A stretch of DNA of 64,000 nt, taken from contig JBEDTH010000010.1 of assembly GCA_040118945.1 (NCBI GenBank), forward strand, positions 10,731 to 74,730, given 5' to 3'. Source of the stretch: Dokdonia sp. (GTDB lineage: Bacteria; Bacteroidota; Bacteroidia; Flavobacteriales; Flavobacteriaceae). Position 1 is the stretch's first letter. Every line of letters starts with the position of its first letter. Position numbers and translations under genes: made by a program. Below are positions 27,730 through 38,583 of this stretch, one piece after another. The notes below the pieces were generated by a model. That model was not told where the DNA came from. It did no database searches and worked only from the letters and a program-made list of their open reading frames with translations.

Positions 27730-28290
27730 ATGAAAACACTATTTAAATTTATCTACATTTTATCGTTCGCGCTAGTAGTAACAAGTTGTGACAGCGACGA
27801 CGACGGCACTCCAGAAATAGTCAATGAAGAAGAAGTGATCACTACGGTAATCGTTAATTTGGACCCTGGGCCTACTGGTTCGGTGATTACACTTCGTTCT
27901 TTTGACAGTGACGGAGACGGGCCTACAGACCCTGTGGTTACAGTATCGGGTGAGCTTTCGGCAAACACCATTTATGAAGGAGAGATTCAATTCTTAAACG
28001 AAACCGAATCTCCTGCCGAAGATATCACCGAGGAGGTACGTGAAGAAGACGACGAGCATCAAGTATTTTATACGATTGCTAGTGGTTTGAATGCTAGTGT
28101 CACCTATGAAGATTTTGATGGAGACAACAACCCATTAGGAACATTAGTAACTGTAACGACCACCGATGCGAGTACTGGTTTGTTAACTGTGACGCTTCGT
28201 CATGAGCCAAAGAAACCAAACGATAACACTTTGTTAGACGCTGGAGGAGAAACTGATGTACAAGTAAGCTTCCCAGTTGTCATTAACTAG
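27730..28290 (+). CDS. Acidic lipoprotein of unknown function (receptor-associated)
   Basis: Lipobox VVTSCDSDDDG; 186 aa; lies 31 nt after the receptor gene. Confidence 0.55.
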   Translation: MKTLFKFIYILSFALVVTSCDSDDDGTPEIVNEEEVITTVIVNLDPGPTGSVITLRSFDSDGDGPTDPVVTVSGELSANTIYEGEIQFLNETESPAEDITEEVREEDDEHQVFYTIASGLNASVTYEDFDGDNNPLGTLVTVTTTDASTGLLTVTLRHEPKKPNDNTLLDAGGETDVQVSFPVVIN

Positions 28291-29827
28291 ATGCTTGTTG
28301 CTTTGTCTCTTCGGGCTTAGCAAATAGATCCATAACGGCTCGCCCTAGGAATTCAATCACATCTCCTGCGGCGAGCCCTTCTATACTGTATTGGTTCACT
28401 GCAATATCGGCAGCTAGCCCGTGAAAATATACCCCTAAAATAGCAGCCTGCATAGGGTGATAGTGCTGAGCGATCAAACCAGTAATGACACCAGTAAGTA
28501 CATCACCTGTCCCGGCCGTGGCCAGACCTGGGTTACCTGTTGTATTGATGTATAAATTAAAATCGTATACCGTAATGGTGTGCGCGCCTTTAATCACGAT
28601 TATTAGATCGTGGTCTTTGGCCAATTTGGCTGTTTTTTCAAGCATGTCAAAATCACTCTCCCACTTCCCTATCAAGCGTTCTAATTCTCCCAAATGAGGT
28701 GTCAAAATTGATTTGGCCGGTATTTGGCTCATCATTTGTGGCCGTTTGGCGATAATATTAATCGCATCGGCATCAATAACCATAGGGGCTTTCTGTGTCT
28801 TTAAAAATGCTTGCATAGCCGAGACGGTTTTTTCGTCTGTACCCATGCCAGGCCCTATAGCAATAGCGGTCGCCGCTGTCTGAAAATCGATTTCTTCAAA
28901 AACTTTTCCATTAAAATTGTCGGTCTCTACCATCACTTCGGGTAAAGCCGTTTGCAAAATAGGCACCCCAATTTGAGGGACATAAGCGGTCACTTTACCG
29001 CTTCCGGCACGCATGGCAGCTTTGGCCGCCAAGCTTACAGCCCCTATTTTCCCAAAACTTCCTCCAATGATCAAACTGTGACCAAACATTCCCTTGTGCG
29101 AAAACTTGGATCGGCCTCTATACATCATCATGATCTCATTTTTGGTGATCAACTCTGTATCGGTGGGTGTAGCTGCCATATGCTCTGGATCTAAGCCTAT
29201 ATCAATCACATCCCACATATTGATATAGGCCCCTGTTTGCGGTAAGAAAAAGGCCAATTTTGGAGATTGAAAACTAAGAACAAAAGTCGATCGAATGACA
29301 ACATCTGTTTCTTTGAGTCCCTGATCCATATACATCCCAGAAGGTATATCTACAGAAAGGATATAAGCTTTGGACTCATTAATTGCATTAAATATGGCCT
29401 TGACCCAATCATCGGGACAACGATTAAGACCTATCCCAAAAATCGCATCTACGACTATGTCTTTAGGACTTAGCTCGGGTATAGGGCTATCTTCTTTGAG
29501 CAATTCTGGCCAGTTTTTGGTCTTGTCTTTTAACGCGTCGTAAGCCTTTAAAAAATCAGGAGACCGCTTTTCGCTACAATTGACAATATAGGTGATCACA
29601 TTATAGCCATTCTCTATCAAATATCTGGCAATCACCAAACCATCACCTCCATTATTGCCTATACCACAAAACACTTTGATAGGTACTTGCCCACCCTTTA
29701 AACGTTCGTGCATCCATTGGTAAACATAGCCACCGGCGCGTTCCATTAAATTATAAGAGGGTATTCCTTCTTTTTCTATCGTTGCTTTGTCTGCCTCGTA
29801 AATCTGCTTAGCGCTAAAAATTTTCAT
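28283..29827 (-). CDS. nnr: Bifunctional NAD(P)H-hydrate repair enzyme (epimerase + ADP-dependent dehydratase)
   Basis: YjeF_N motifs (CGIGNNGGDG) plus carbohydrate-kinase-type C-domain motifs (GPGMG, GTGDVLTG). Confidence 0.85.
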   Translation of the reverse strand: MKIFSAKQIYEADKATIEKEGIPSYNLMERAGGYVYQWMHERLKGGQVPIKVFCGIGNNGGDGLVIARYLIENGYNVITYIVNCSEKRSPDFLKAYDALKDKTKNWPELLKEDSPIPELSPKDIVVDAIFGIGLNRCPDDWVKAIFNAINESKAYILSVDIPSGMYMDQGLKETDVVIRSTFVLSFQSPKLAFFLPQTGAYINMWDVIDIGLDPEHMAATPTDTELITKNEIMMMYRGRSKFSHKGMFGHSLIIGGSFGKIGAVSLAAKAAMRAGSGKVTAYVPQIGVPILQTALPEVMVETDNFNGKVFEEIDFQTAATAIAIGPGMGTDEKTVSAMQAFLKTQKAPMVIDADAINIIAKRPQMMSQIPAKSILTPHLGELERLIGKWESDFDMLEKTAKLAKDHDLIIVIKGAHTITVYDFNLYINTTGNPGLATAGTGDVLTGVITGLIAQHYHPMQAAILGVYFHGLAADIAVNQYSIEGLAAGDVIEFLGRAVMDLFAKPEETKQQASS

Positions 29828-29852
29828 AAATAATGGAGTTGTTTACATTTTC

Positions 29853-29864
29853 CTTTCGCGAAAG
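29853..29864. repeat. Iterated palindrome core CTTTCGCGAAAG (perfect 12-mer)
   Basis: Intergenic, 26 nt upstream of the nnr start, in the nnr/thrA divergent region. Confidence 0.95.
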
Positions 29865-30164
29865 CGCAAATCATTAACACTTTCAAAATCTAAGGTCGCA
29901 AGAGAAGACGCAATTTGTCATTTCTGTAAAAATACACCGCTCCCCTTGCCTACTTCGGTAAATGTACTACTTTTAAAGTATCACAAACAAGACGATGCAA
30001 GAACAAAAACGCCCTTTAGCGGTCTATGTTGCAGCCCTAAAGAAGGGTCGTACCCCTATGGGGTGTGTACACTGATTGCCTTGTTATCCCTCTCCTTTAT
30101 ATAGGAATCCCCTCTTTTTTAAGTATTCATGAATCCGAAAATTCGGGTTGAATAAGTTGATATT

Positions 30165-32606
30165 ATGCGTGTATTAAAATTTGGCGGTACATCTGTCGGG
30201 AGTATAGAAAATATTGAGAAAGTCATAGCCATTGTGCAAGAGCGCGCCATGAAAGATCGCGTAGTTGTTGTGGTTTCGGCAATTGGTGGTATAACCGATT
30301 TATTGATAAAGGCGGGCACTCTTGCCGCCGATAAAAATGACATGTACATCTCTCTTTTTGAGGTGATTAAAGAGAAACACTTATCCTTTACCAAGGCTTT
30401 GACCGGTGAAGACGCTTTGGTATTGGCCGATATTACTGCGCTTATGATGGATTTACAGGCCCTGTTACAAGGTATCTTTCTCATCAACGAATTGTCTCCA
30501 AAAACCTTGGATAAATTGACTGCTTTTGGAGAAATCAGTGCTTCAAAAATGATCACCGCAGCCTTTAACCATGCCCAAGTTCCTGCCATTTTAAAGGATA
30601 GTCGCCAGCTTATCACTACCGATGATACCCACACAAGAGCCGCCGTAGACTTTAATCTAACCAATACTGCGATACAGCATTATTTTAGTAATAACACAGC
30701 CCAAATACATATAGTACCAGGTTTTATTGCGCAAACCGCTCAAGGCGAAATCGCAACCCTGGGCCGGGGCGGTTCGGACTTTACAGCAGCAATTATTGCT
30801 GCAGCTACTGAGGCCGAATGTCTGGAGATATGGACCGATGTGAGCGGTATGTTTTCGGCACATCCCAGTATTGTAAAACAGGCACAGCCTTTACAACATA
30901 TCTCTTATGATGAGGCGATGGAATTGTCACATTTTGGTGCCAAAGTGCTCTACCCGCCTACGATAGTACCCGTCATGCAAAAAGGCATCCCGGTTTATAT
31001 TAAAAATACCTTGGCCCCAGAAGATCCCGGAACCCGTATAGGAAATAACAGCAACGGGGTAAACGCTCCTATAAAAGGGATTAGTCATATACCTCATATT
31101 GCTCTTCTTACTTTAGAAGGTGGCGGTATTATTGGTACCACTGGCACTTCCAAACGTTTATTTGAAGCACTCTCCCACCAAGAGATCAATATCATTTTAA
31201 TTACTCAGGCTTCTAGTGAGCACAGCATATGTCTTGGTATTTTGGAGACCGAAGCCGCCAAGGCTAAAGAGGCCGTAGATCAGGAGTTTGCCTATGAAAA
31301 CAGTTTGGGTAAAATTGCACCCCTTGTTGTAGAAAAAGAGCTGGCCATTATTGCGCTCGTAGGCGAAAAAATGAAAAGCCATCAAGGAATTTCGGGAAGA
31401 ATGTTTCGAACGCTGGGAAGGAATAATGTCAATATTAGAGCCATTGCGCAAGGAGCCAGCGAAAAAAACATCAGTGCCGTTATCGCACAAAAAGACGTAC
31501 ACAAGGCCTTAAACAGCTTACACGAACGCTTTTTTGAAGACCAACGCAAACAACTCAATGTCTATATTATGGGGGTAGGCAACGTAGGTAGTAAATTATT
31601 GGCCCAAATTGCACAACAACAATCCTTTCTCGATGAGCAATTTCATTTAAACCTCAGGGTACTTGGCATCTCCAACAGTCGCACCATGCTTATCAATGAA
31701 AATGGTATCGACCTTGAACATTGGGAAGCGCAATTGGCTAAGGGCCCCAAGGCCAGTTTGGAGGAGTTTAAAGCCCAGCTTATCAATGGCAACAAACGCA
31801 ATAGTATTTTTGTAGATGTTACGGCCAGTGAAAAGGTTGCCCAATCCTACGCCGATTATCTCAGAAACAGTATTGCTGTGATTGCCTGTAATAAAATTGC
31901 CTGTGCCGATCGCTATGAGGAGTATGATCAATTAAAAAACCTCAGCCGCACCTATAATGCTCCTTTTTTATTTGAAACCAATGTGGGTGCAGGTCTCCCA
32001 ATTATTGATACCTTGAGTAACCTTATGGCTTCTGGTGATCGCATTACCAAGATAGAAGCCGTTTTATCTGGCAGTCTCAACTTTATATTTAATCGCTTTC
32101 AACCTGGTGATTCTTTTCATGATGTTGTACAACAAGCCAAAGAAGAAGGCTATACCGAACCCGATCCTAGAATCGATCTGAGCGGGGTTGATGTAGCCAG
32201 AAAAATATTGATCCTCGCCCGAGAGAGTGGTTTGGCCTTAGAACTCGAAGATGTAGAAAACCATTCTTTTCTCACCGAGACAAATAGAGCAAGCAACAGC
32301 GTGGCCCACTTTTTTGAAACCCTTAAACAAAATGCCGCTCACTTTGAAGCACTGGTGGCTAAGGCCACCCAAAATGGCAAACGTTTAAAGTATGTTGCTC
32401 AGCTCAAAGATGGCCAGGCTAGTGTGGGCTTGCAAGAAGTAGGCCCGGAAAGTGATTTTTATCAACTCGAAGGAAAAGATAATATCGTACTTTTCTATAC
32501 AGAGCGCTATCCCGAAAACCCCTTGATCATAAAAGGTGCTGGAGCTGGAGGCGAAGTAACGGCAAGTGGTTTGTTTGCCGATATCATCAGATTACGTCAA
32601 AAATAA
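30165..32606 (+). CDS. thrA: Bifunctional aspartokinase / homoserine dehydrogenase
   Basis: MRVLKFGGTSVGS kinase start, ACT region, and a homoserine dehydrogenase half (GVGNVGS...). Confidence 0.95.
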   Translation: MRVLKFGGTSVGSIENIEKVIAIVQERAMKDRVVVVVSAIGGITDLLIKAGTLAADKNDMYISLFEVIKEKHLSFTKALTGEDALVLADITALMMDLQALLQGIFLINELSPKTLDKLTAFGEISASKMITAAFNHAQVPAILKDSRQLITTDDTHTRAAVDFNLTNTAIQHYFSNNTAQIHIVPGFIAQTAQGEIATLGRGGSDFTAAIIAAATEAECLEIWTDVSGMFSAHPSIVKQAQPLQHISYDEAMELSHFGAKVLYPPTIVPVMQKGIPVYIKNTLAPEDPGTRIGNNSNGVNAPIKGISHIPHIALLTLEGGGIIGTTGTSKRLFEALSHQEINIILITQASSEHSICLGILETEAAKAKEAVDQEFAYENSLGKIAPLVVEKELAIIALVGEKMKSHQGISGRMFRTLGRNNVNIRAIAQGASEKNISAVIAQKDVHKALNSLHERFFEDQRKQLNVYIMGVGNVGSKLLAQIAQQQSFLDEQFHLNLRVLGISNSRTMLINENGIDLEHWEAQLAKGPKASLEEFKAQLINGNKRNSIFVDVTASEKVAQSYADYLRNSIAVIACNKIACADRYEEYDQLKNLSRTYNAPFLFETNVGAGLPIIDTLSNLMASGDRITKIEAVLSGSLNFIFNRFQPGDSFHDVVQQAKEEGYTEPDPRIDLSGVDVARKILILARESGLALELEDVENHSFLTETNRASNSVAHFFETLKQNAAHFEALVAKATQNGKRLKYVAQLKDGQASVGLQEVGPESDFYQLEGKDNIVLFYTERYPENPLIIKGAGAGGEVTASGLFADIIRLRQK

Positions 32607-32627
32607 AACGACCTAAATACATCGCGT

Positions 32628-33551
32628 TTGAAAAAAGAAGTACGCATATTTTGTCCTGCTACCGTGGCCAATGTCAATTGTGGTTTTGACGCCCTAGGCT
32701 TTGCCTTAGACGGAGTGGGAGACGAAATGGTTTTTCAGAAAACTACTCAAAAAGGGATTTCGATCACAGCAATAACTGGAGCCGATCTACCAAGTGATCC
32801 CAAAAAGAATGTGGCTGGTGTTGCGGGACAATCCCTACTAGATGCCGTAAATGCCGATTTTGGGGTAGCTATCGAAATTCACAAAAAAATAAGACCAGGG
32901 AGTGGTATTGGCAGTAGTAGTGCTAGTGCAGCGGGAGCAGTCTATGGGATAAATCAACTTTTAGAACATCCTGTATCTCCCTTAGCGCTTACCCGCCATG
33001 CGATGAAAGGAGAAGCCCTCGCCAGCGGTAACGAGCACGCCGATAATGTAGCGCCCTGCCTCTATGGTGGGATTACCTTGGTAAGTGGCTATACACCTTT
33101 ACAAATTGTTGCCCTGCCATCACTAGATTCGGTTTTTGTGGGTATTATTCATCCGCATATAGTTATTCATACCAAACAGGCCCGAGCCTTACTCCCTACT
33201 CAGGTCCCTCTAAAAGATGCCATAACTCAGGCACAAAAGCTGGCAGGATTTGTGGCCTCCCTCTACGAATGGGATAAGGCACTGTTTAGTCAGAGCCTTA
33301 AAGATGTACTCATCACCCCACATCGCAAGACATTAATCCCTCATTATGATCAGATCGAGTCTTGCGCTATCCATCACAATTGTATTGCCTTTGGTATTTC
33401 GGGAAGTGGTCCTAGTTTATTTGCCCTAGCTTTCGCGAAAGCGGATATAGACCAATTTCTAGAAAGTAGTACCAAGATTTTTAAAAAACACCAGCTACAG
33501 GTGGATACCTATTCGAGCAGTATAAGCGGGCAAGGGTGTCACATCATTTAA
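32628..33551 (+). CDS. thrB: Homoserine kinase
   Basis: GHMP kinase motif PGSGIGSSSASAAG; lies between thrA and thrC. TTG start. Confidence 0.9.
   Translation: MKKEVRIFCPATVANVNCGFDALGFALDGVGDEMVFQKTTQKGISITAITGADLPSDPKKNVAGVAGQSLLDAVNADFGVAIEIHKKIRPGSGIGSSSASAAGAVYGINQLLEHPVSPLALTRHAMKGEALASGNEHADNVAPCLYGGITLVSGYTPLQIVALPSLDSVFVGIIHPHIVIHTKQARALLPTQVPLKDAITQAQKLAGFVASLYEWDKALFSQSLKDVLITPHRKTLIPHYDQIESCAIHHNCIAFGISGSGPSLFALAFAKADIDQFLESSTKIFKKHQLQVDTYSSSISGQGCHII
33429..33442. repeat. Iterated palindrome GCTTTCGCGAAAGC (perfect 14-mer)
   Basis: Inside thrB, read as AFAKA. Confidence 0.95.
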
Positions 33552-33572
33552 TATGAAGTCAAGACAAACCAT

Positions 33573-34871
33573 ATGAAGTATTACAGTCTCAATCATAAAG
33601 CACCTAAGGTTAACTTTGATCAAGCCGTCATTAAAGGTATTGCCCCAGACAAAGGGCTTTATTTTCCAGAAAGGATACCCCAGCTTCCAGAGACATTTTG
33701 GCAAGAACTCGATCAAAAAGAGGATATTGATATTGCGGTGACGCTAATGACGCCCTTTGTTGGCAAGGCCTTAGGTCAAACGCAACTAAAAGACATTTTA
33801 AGTGATGTATTGTCCTTTCCTTTTCCTATCATTCCTATAGACAAACAAATGGGTAGTCTAGAATTATTTCATGGTCCTACCCTAGCCTTTAAGGATGTAG
33901 GTGCGCGTTTTATGGCGCGTTGTCTCAGCTATTTTCTAAAAGAACAGCAAACTACTCAAGAGGTTACAGTGTTGGTAGCCACTAGTGGCGATACAGGAGG
34001 TGCTGTAGCTAGAGGCTTCTATAAAGTGCCTGGTATTAACGTTGTGATCTTATACCCTTCTGGGAAAGTAAGTGCCTTACAAGAACAACAACTCACCACC
34101 TTAGGTGAGAATATAACGGCTTTAGAAGTAGATGGCTCCTTTGATGATTGTCAGGCCATGGTTAAACAAGCATTTTTGGACCAAGACATTACCACCCATA
34201 GACAGTTAACCTCTGCCAATAGTATTAATGTGGCGCGATGGCTACCCCAAATGCTCTATTATGTATTTGCTTATAAACACATGTACCGCAAGCATCCTTC
34301 TTTAGTTTTTTCGGTGCCTAGTGGAAATTTTGGCAATATTTGTGCAGGCATGGTCGCTCATCTCATGGGTATGCCTGTGTATCAATTTATAGCCGCGGTA
34401 AACAGCAACACAACCATCCCTCAATTTATGCGAACCGGCGTTTATGCGCCTAAAAAGACAGTTGCCACCATTAGTAATGCTATGGATGTTAGCGACCCAA
34501 GTAATTTTGTGAGGGTGTTAGAACTTTTTGAAAATGACCGAGGACTACTCTCCAAAAAATTAACCTCCTACTCCTATTGTGATCGGGCTACTCGGGCTGC
34601 GATTTATGAACTATATAAAGACAATGACTATATCGCCGATCCCCACGGGGCTATCGGGTATTTGGGGCTCAAAGAATTTTTAAAAACCGCACCTAATGCC
34701 TTTGGTTTATTTTTAGAAACTGCACATCCGGTCAAATTTAGACCTGCGGTAACTCCAATTGTAGGGCCCTTATCTGATCTTCCTACCCAGGTAGCGCAAT
34801 TAGAATTGGCACCTAAAAAAGCGATCCCCGTCCAAGAGTATTCGGATTTGAAAGCCTATTTACTATCTTGA
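33573..34871 (+). CDS. thrC: Threonine synthase
   Basis: PLP-lysine region HGPTLAFKDVG, and its position after thrB. Confidence 0.9.
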   Translation: MKYYSLNHKAPKVNFDQAVIKGIAPDKGLYFPERIPQLPETFWQELDQKEDIDIAVTLMTPFVGKALGQTQLKDILSDVLSFPFPIIPIDKQMGSLELFHGPTLAFKDVGARFMARCLSYFLKEQQTTQEVTVLVATSGDTGGAVARGFYKVPGINVVILYPSGKVSALQEQQLTTLGENITALEVDGSFDDCQAMVKQAFLDQDITTHRQLTSANSINVARWLPQMLYYVFAYKHMYRKHPSLVFSVPSGNFGNICAGMVAHLMGMPVYQFIAAVNSNTTIPQFMRTGVYAPKKTVATISNAMDVSDPSNFVRVLELFENDRGLLSKKLTSYSYCDRATRAAIYELYKDNDYIADPHGAIGYLGLKEFLKTAPNAFGLFLETAHPVKFRPAVTPIVGPLSDLPTQVAQLELAPKKAIPVQEYSDLKAYLLS

Positions 34872-34883
34872 TCAAAAAAAAGC

Positions 34884-35753
34884 ATGGCCAATAACAAACT
34901 GCTCGTAAACGAAAGACAAAGAGATCTAGGCAATTTTATAGTGGGGCGACTACTGCCTTTTAAAGAAAAACGACAGGTAGGCCCCTTTACTTTTATCGAT
35001 CATATGGGGCCAGCTACTATAGGTCCAGAGGGCTATGTAGATGTAGACCAACATCCGCACATTGGTTTGTCTACGCTTACCTACCTCTTTGATGGAGCCA
35101 TTATGCATAGAGACAGTATAGGGAGTGTTCAAGAAATAAAAGCAGGAGATGTTGGTTTTATGACCTCTGGCAAAGGAATTACCCATACCGAGCGCACCCC
35201 AGAAGAGATGCGTCAAGGCAAAAGTCATCGCTTACACGGCTATCAAATTTGGGTGGCTTTACCCAAAGCACAAGAAGACATGCCTCCACGCTTTGACTTT
35301 TATCCGGCTGCCGAGGTACCAAGTTGGGAAAACGCCGATTGTCATTTTAGATTGGTGGCTGGTTCAGCTTTTGGGAAAACCGCGCCTCTCAAAGGATACT
35401 CGCCTTTATTTATGGTCGATATAAAAGCAAAAGCAAAAACGCGTTTGGATCTCAAAGATCAGTTAGAAGGAGAAGTTGCCTTTGTAGTGGTAAATGGCAG
35501 CATAGCTATTGATGGGCAGTTAGTAGGTCAAGGACAAATGTGTATTAGCAAAACCGATGCCGCCTGTCATATCAATTTTGAAAATGATACTCATATTTTG
35601 CTTTTTGGAGGAAAACCGTTGGCCCATGAGCCCTTGCTGTCTTGGAATTTTGTTTCTAGCGATCGTCAAAAACTTAAACAAGCCAAACAAGATTGGCAAG
35701 ATCATAAATTTCCTAAGGTCCCTGGAGATGATACCTATATCCCTTTTCCCTGA
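34884..35753 (+). CDS. Pirin-family cupin protein
   Basis: HPHIGLSTLTYLFDG...HRDS motif of the pirin N-terminal cupin. Confidence 0.85.
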   Translation: MANNKLLVNERQRDLGNFIVGRLLPFKEKRQVGPFTFIDHMGPATIGPEGYVDVDQHPHIGLSTLTYLFDGAIMHRDSIGSVQEIKAGDVGFMTSGKGITHTERTPEEMRQGKSHRLHGYQIWVALPKAQEDMPPRFDFYPAAEVPSWENADCHFRLVAGSAFGKTAPLKGYSPLFMVDIKAKAKTRLDLKDQLEGEVAFVVVNGSIAIDGQLVGQGQMCISKTDAACHINFENDTHILLFGGKPLAHEPLLSWNFVSSDRQKLKQAKQDWQDHKFPKVPGDDTYIPFP

Positions 35754-35810
35754 AAAACAGACTCCAAACACAGAACTATTTAAACGTTATTCAAGTAGGC
35801 TATTTGTCAT

Positions 35811-37277
35811 ATGAAAAATCATTCCTTAGTGTTCTCTCTCGCCGCCATTATCGTTTTTTTAGTGGGATGTAAAGGTGAGGGTGAGAAGACAGATATCGAT
35901 ACCCTCTTAGGTCCAAGCATTTCTCATGCCAAAACCGATGCATTCATAGATCAGCAAATGCGATTGTTAGACATGCCCGCTTTGTCTATTGCCGTGATTA
36001 ACGATGGTAAGCTGGTATATCACCGCGTCAAAGGGATGGCAAACAAAGCCCAGCAACTCCCCGCCAATAGTCAGGCCATATTTGAAGCGGCTTCCATTTC
36101 AAAATCGGTATTTGGCCATTTTGTGATGACATTTGTAGAAGAGGGCTTGCTCGATTTGGATACACCGCTGTATCAGTATCTTCCCTATCCAGATATAGCT
36201 CAAGATGAGCGTTACAAAAAAATAACAGCACGTATGGTGCTTTCGCATCGCTCAGGCTTCCCTAACTGGCGTGATGATTATCCCGATAAACAACTATTTA
36301 TTCAATTTGAACCAGGATCACAATATCATTATTCTGGAGAAGGGTATCAATATCTGGCCAAAGTCCTCAAGCATTTATTAAACACCGATTGGGCAGGATT
36401 AGAAAAAGAATTTCAACAACGAGTAGCTCAACCTTTTGGAATGAAACACTCAAAGTTTATTCCGGACCCTTATATCAAAGCACATAAAGTACAAGGCTAT
36501 GACAAACACGGACAATGGGTAGACAAATACGCCGACCCTTGGTGGGCAAGTAGAGATACCGTCTTTGTCGCCCCAACAACGCTACATACCGAAGCGGTTG
36601 ATTTTTCTAAATGGATGATAGCGATAATGCAAGAACAAGGCTTGACCGAAGAATCTTATGCACAATTGTTTGCACCACAATCTTTAGTAAGAGATGGCTT
36701 TTTAAGCGAAGATTACACACTAGGGTTTAGCCGCCTGTCTATACTTGGATTGAGCGAATTGTATACCCACAGTGGTAACAATACAGGGTTTTCTTCCTAT
36801 TTTGCTTTAGATCGAGACAGGAAATGGGGGTTTGTATTTTTCACCAATTCAAAAGCAGGCGATCAATTTGCTTTAAATCTGACCTATGATCTATTGCTCG
36901 CAGGAACAACAAATAAACAGCTTACAATTATCTTTTCTCTGACGGTTGCCTTACTGCTTTGGTTGTTTACCCTACCTCTTTTATTTAAAAAAACAGCGCC
37001 TTTACGTACTTTAAGAAGGCGTATTTTTCTTATCGGTCTCGCTGCCACTCTAGGCATAGTATTACAGTTGTTTTTGATGTTATGGGTAAAAAATACAACG
37101 CTACCAAAACTATATTATGTTCTTTTTCTAATATTGCTATTGGTTGTCTGTATCAGAACATTGTTTCTATGGCCATTGCCATCTGATGAATCAATTGCTA
37201 CCAAAATAGAAAGCGTTGTACTCAAGATCCTTCTTGTTAGTTTATGCCTTTCTAGTATTGCACTGGCGCTTATCTAG
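35811..37277 (+). CDS. Beta-lactamase-family serine hydrolase with C-terminal multi-TM tail
   Basis: Lipobox LVGC, SxxK active site (ASISKS), and about four C-terminal TM segments. Confidence 0.75.
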   Translation: MKNHSLVFSLAAIIVFLVGCKGEGEKTDIDTLLGPSISHAKTDAFIDQQMRLLDMPALSIAVINDGKLVYHRVKGMANKAQQLPANSQAIFEAASISKSVFGHFVMTFVEEGLLDLDTPLYQYLPYPDIAQDERYKKITARMVLSHRSGFPNWRDDYPDKQLFIQFEPGSQYHYSGEGYQYLAKVLKHLLNTDWAGLEKEFQQRVAQPFGMKHSKFIPDPYIKAHKVQGYDKHGQWVDKYADPWWASRDTVFVAPTTLHTEAVDFSKWMIAIMQEQGLTEESYAQLFAPQSLVRDGFLSEDYTLGFSRLSILGLSELYTHSGNNTGFSSYFALDRDRKWGFVFFTNSKAGDQFALNLTYDLLLAGTTNKQLTIIFSLTVALLLWLFTLPLLFKKTAPLRTLRRRIFLIGLAATLGIVLQLFLMLWVKNTTLPKLYYVLFLILLLVVCIRTLFLWPLPSDESIATKIESVVLKILLVSLCLSSIALALI

Positions 37278-37448
37278 ACGTGGTACACACTAGAGCACTT
37301 TAAATCTTGACAAAGCTTAAAAACCTAGCGGGTGCCAACTCATACTTTATTTTGAGTCCATAGGATGGTGTTTTACCTTAAAACTCCCTCTAAAAAATGA
37401 CCGTCTTTTCATACATTTGTGCCCCTAACAAAAATAGTTGATCGTACT

Positions 37449-38531
37449 ATGAAAAATACTGCACTTACTGCGCTGCATGAATCGCTTAACGCCAAAATGG
37501 TCCCTTTTGCGGGCTATAATATGCCTGTGTCCTATGAAGGAGTTACTATAGAACACCAAACGGTACGCGGAGGCGTAGGTGTATTTGATGTCTCTCATAT
37601 GGGAGAATTTTTGGTAGAAGGAGAAGGCGCTTTGCCCTTATTGCAAAAGATATGTTCTAATGACATTTCAAAAATTAAGGTAGGTGGTGCCCAATACAAT
37701 TGTCTGCCTAATGAGGCCGGTGGTATTGTAGACGATCTCATAGTCTATCGCATTAAAGAACAGCAGTATCTGGCCGTTGTCAATGCTTCCAATATCGATA
37801 AAGATTGGGAGTGGTTTTCTACACACAACAGTTTTGGAGCAACGCTTAAAAATATATCGGATGACTTTTCGCTCCTTGCGGTACAAGGTCCAAAAGCAGT
37901 AGCTGCTTTGCAATCACTTACTGAGGTAGATTTATCTGCCATAGGCTTTTATACCTTTGAAGTAGGTCCATTTGCAGGTGCCGATCATGTTATCATAAGT
38001 GCAACGGGGTATACCGGAAGTGGTGGTTTTGAGATCTATTGTCACAATAAAGATGCAGAAATGATATGGCACAAAATTTTTGAGGCTGGTAAGGACTACG
38101 GTATCAAGCCTATCGGGCTGGCCGCTCGAGATACTTTGCGTTTGGAAATGGGCTATTGTTTGTACGGCAATGATATCGATGATACCACTTCACCTTTGGA
38201 AGCTGGTTTAGGATGGATCACAAAGTTTACCAAAGACTTTATCAATAGTGAAGCGCTCAAGGCGCAAAAAGAAGCTGGAGTTACTAAAAAACTCATAGGC
38301 TTTGAGCTTAATGAACGTGGGATTCCGCGTCAGGGTTATGATATTTTAAATGAAGAGGGTGCGCTTATTGGCAAGGTCACTTCTGGTACTATGGGACCAT
38401 CGGTAGAAAAGGGAATCGGTATGGGTTATGTAGACAGCGCTTTCGCGAAAGCGGATACAAAAATTAACATACAGATACGCAAGAAAGCGGTGCCGGCAAC
38501 CGTTGTAAAGACACCATTTTACAAGGGATAA
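37449..38531 (+). CDS. gcvT: Glycine cleavage system aminomethyltransferase (T protein)
   Basis: TALH...[15 protein letters not shown]...[18 protein letters not shown]. The start is placed at Met11 of ORF 37419..38531. Confidence 0.9.
   Translation: MKNTALTALHESLNAKMVPFAGYNMPVSYEGVTIEHQTVRGGVGVFDVSHMGEFLVEGEGALPLLQKICSNDISKIKVGGAQYNCLPNEAGGIVDDLIVYRIKEQQYLAVVNASNIDKDWEWFSTHNSFGATLKNISDDFSLLAVQGPKAVAALQSLTEVDLSAIGFYTFEVGPFAGADHVIISATGYTGSGGFEIYCHNKDAEMIWHKIFEAGKDYGIKPIGLAARDTLRLEMGYCLYGNDIDDTTSPLEAGLGWITKFTKDFINSEALKAQKEAGVTKKLIGFELNERGIPRQGYDILNEEGALIGKVTSGTMGPSVEKGIGMGYVDSAFAKADTKINIQIRKKAVPATVVKTPFYKG
38439..38452. repeat. Iterated palindrome GCTTTCGCGAAAGC (perfect 14-mer)
   Basis: Inside gcvT, read as AFAKA; 16-bp version CGC...GCG. 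Confidence 0.95.
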
Positions 38532-38583
38532 TTGTATAGATACAGACACCCCTCATTTATAGCTGTAGCAGTACCTTAAATTT

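Noticed and set aside
29993-30073. Possible thr-operon leader peptide or attenuator upstream of thrA (26-codon ORF MQEQKRPLAVYVAALKKGRTPMGCVH plus hairpin CGTACCCC-TAT-GGGGTGTG)
   Set aside because: The small ORF has no Thr/Ile codon run. The hairpin is not followed by a T-tract and I could not build a convincing alternative anti-terminator. The long 5' region is noted but no regulatory call is made.
30119-30664. 181-aa minus-strand ORF overlapping the thrA start
   Set aside because: It is antisense to a strongly supported thrA, with a low-complexity, Ser/Ala/Ile-rich translation typical of a shadow ORF.
37278-37448. Glycine riboswitch upstream of gcvT
   Set aside because: I could not find the conserved glycine-aptamer core elements or tandem aptamer architecture in the 170-nt upstream region.
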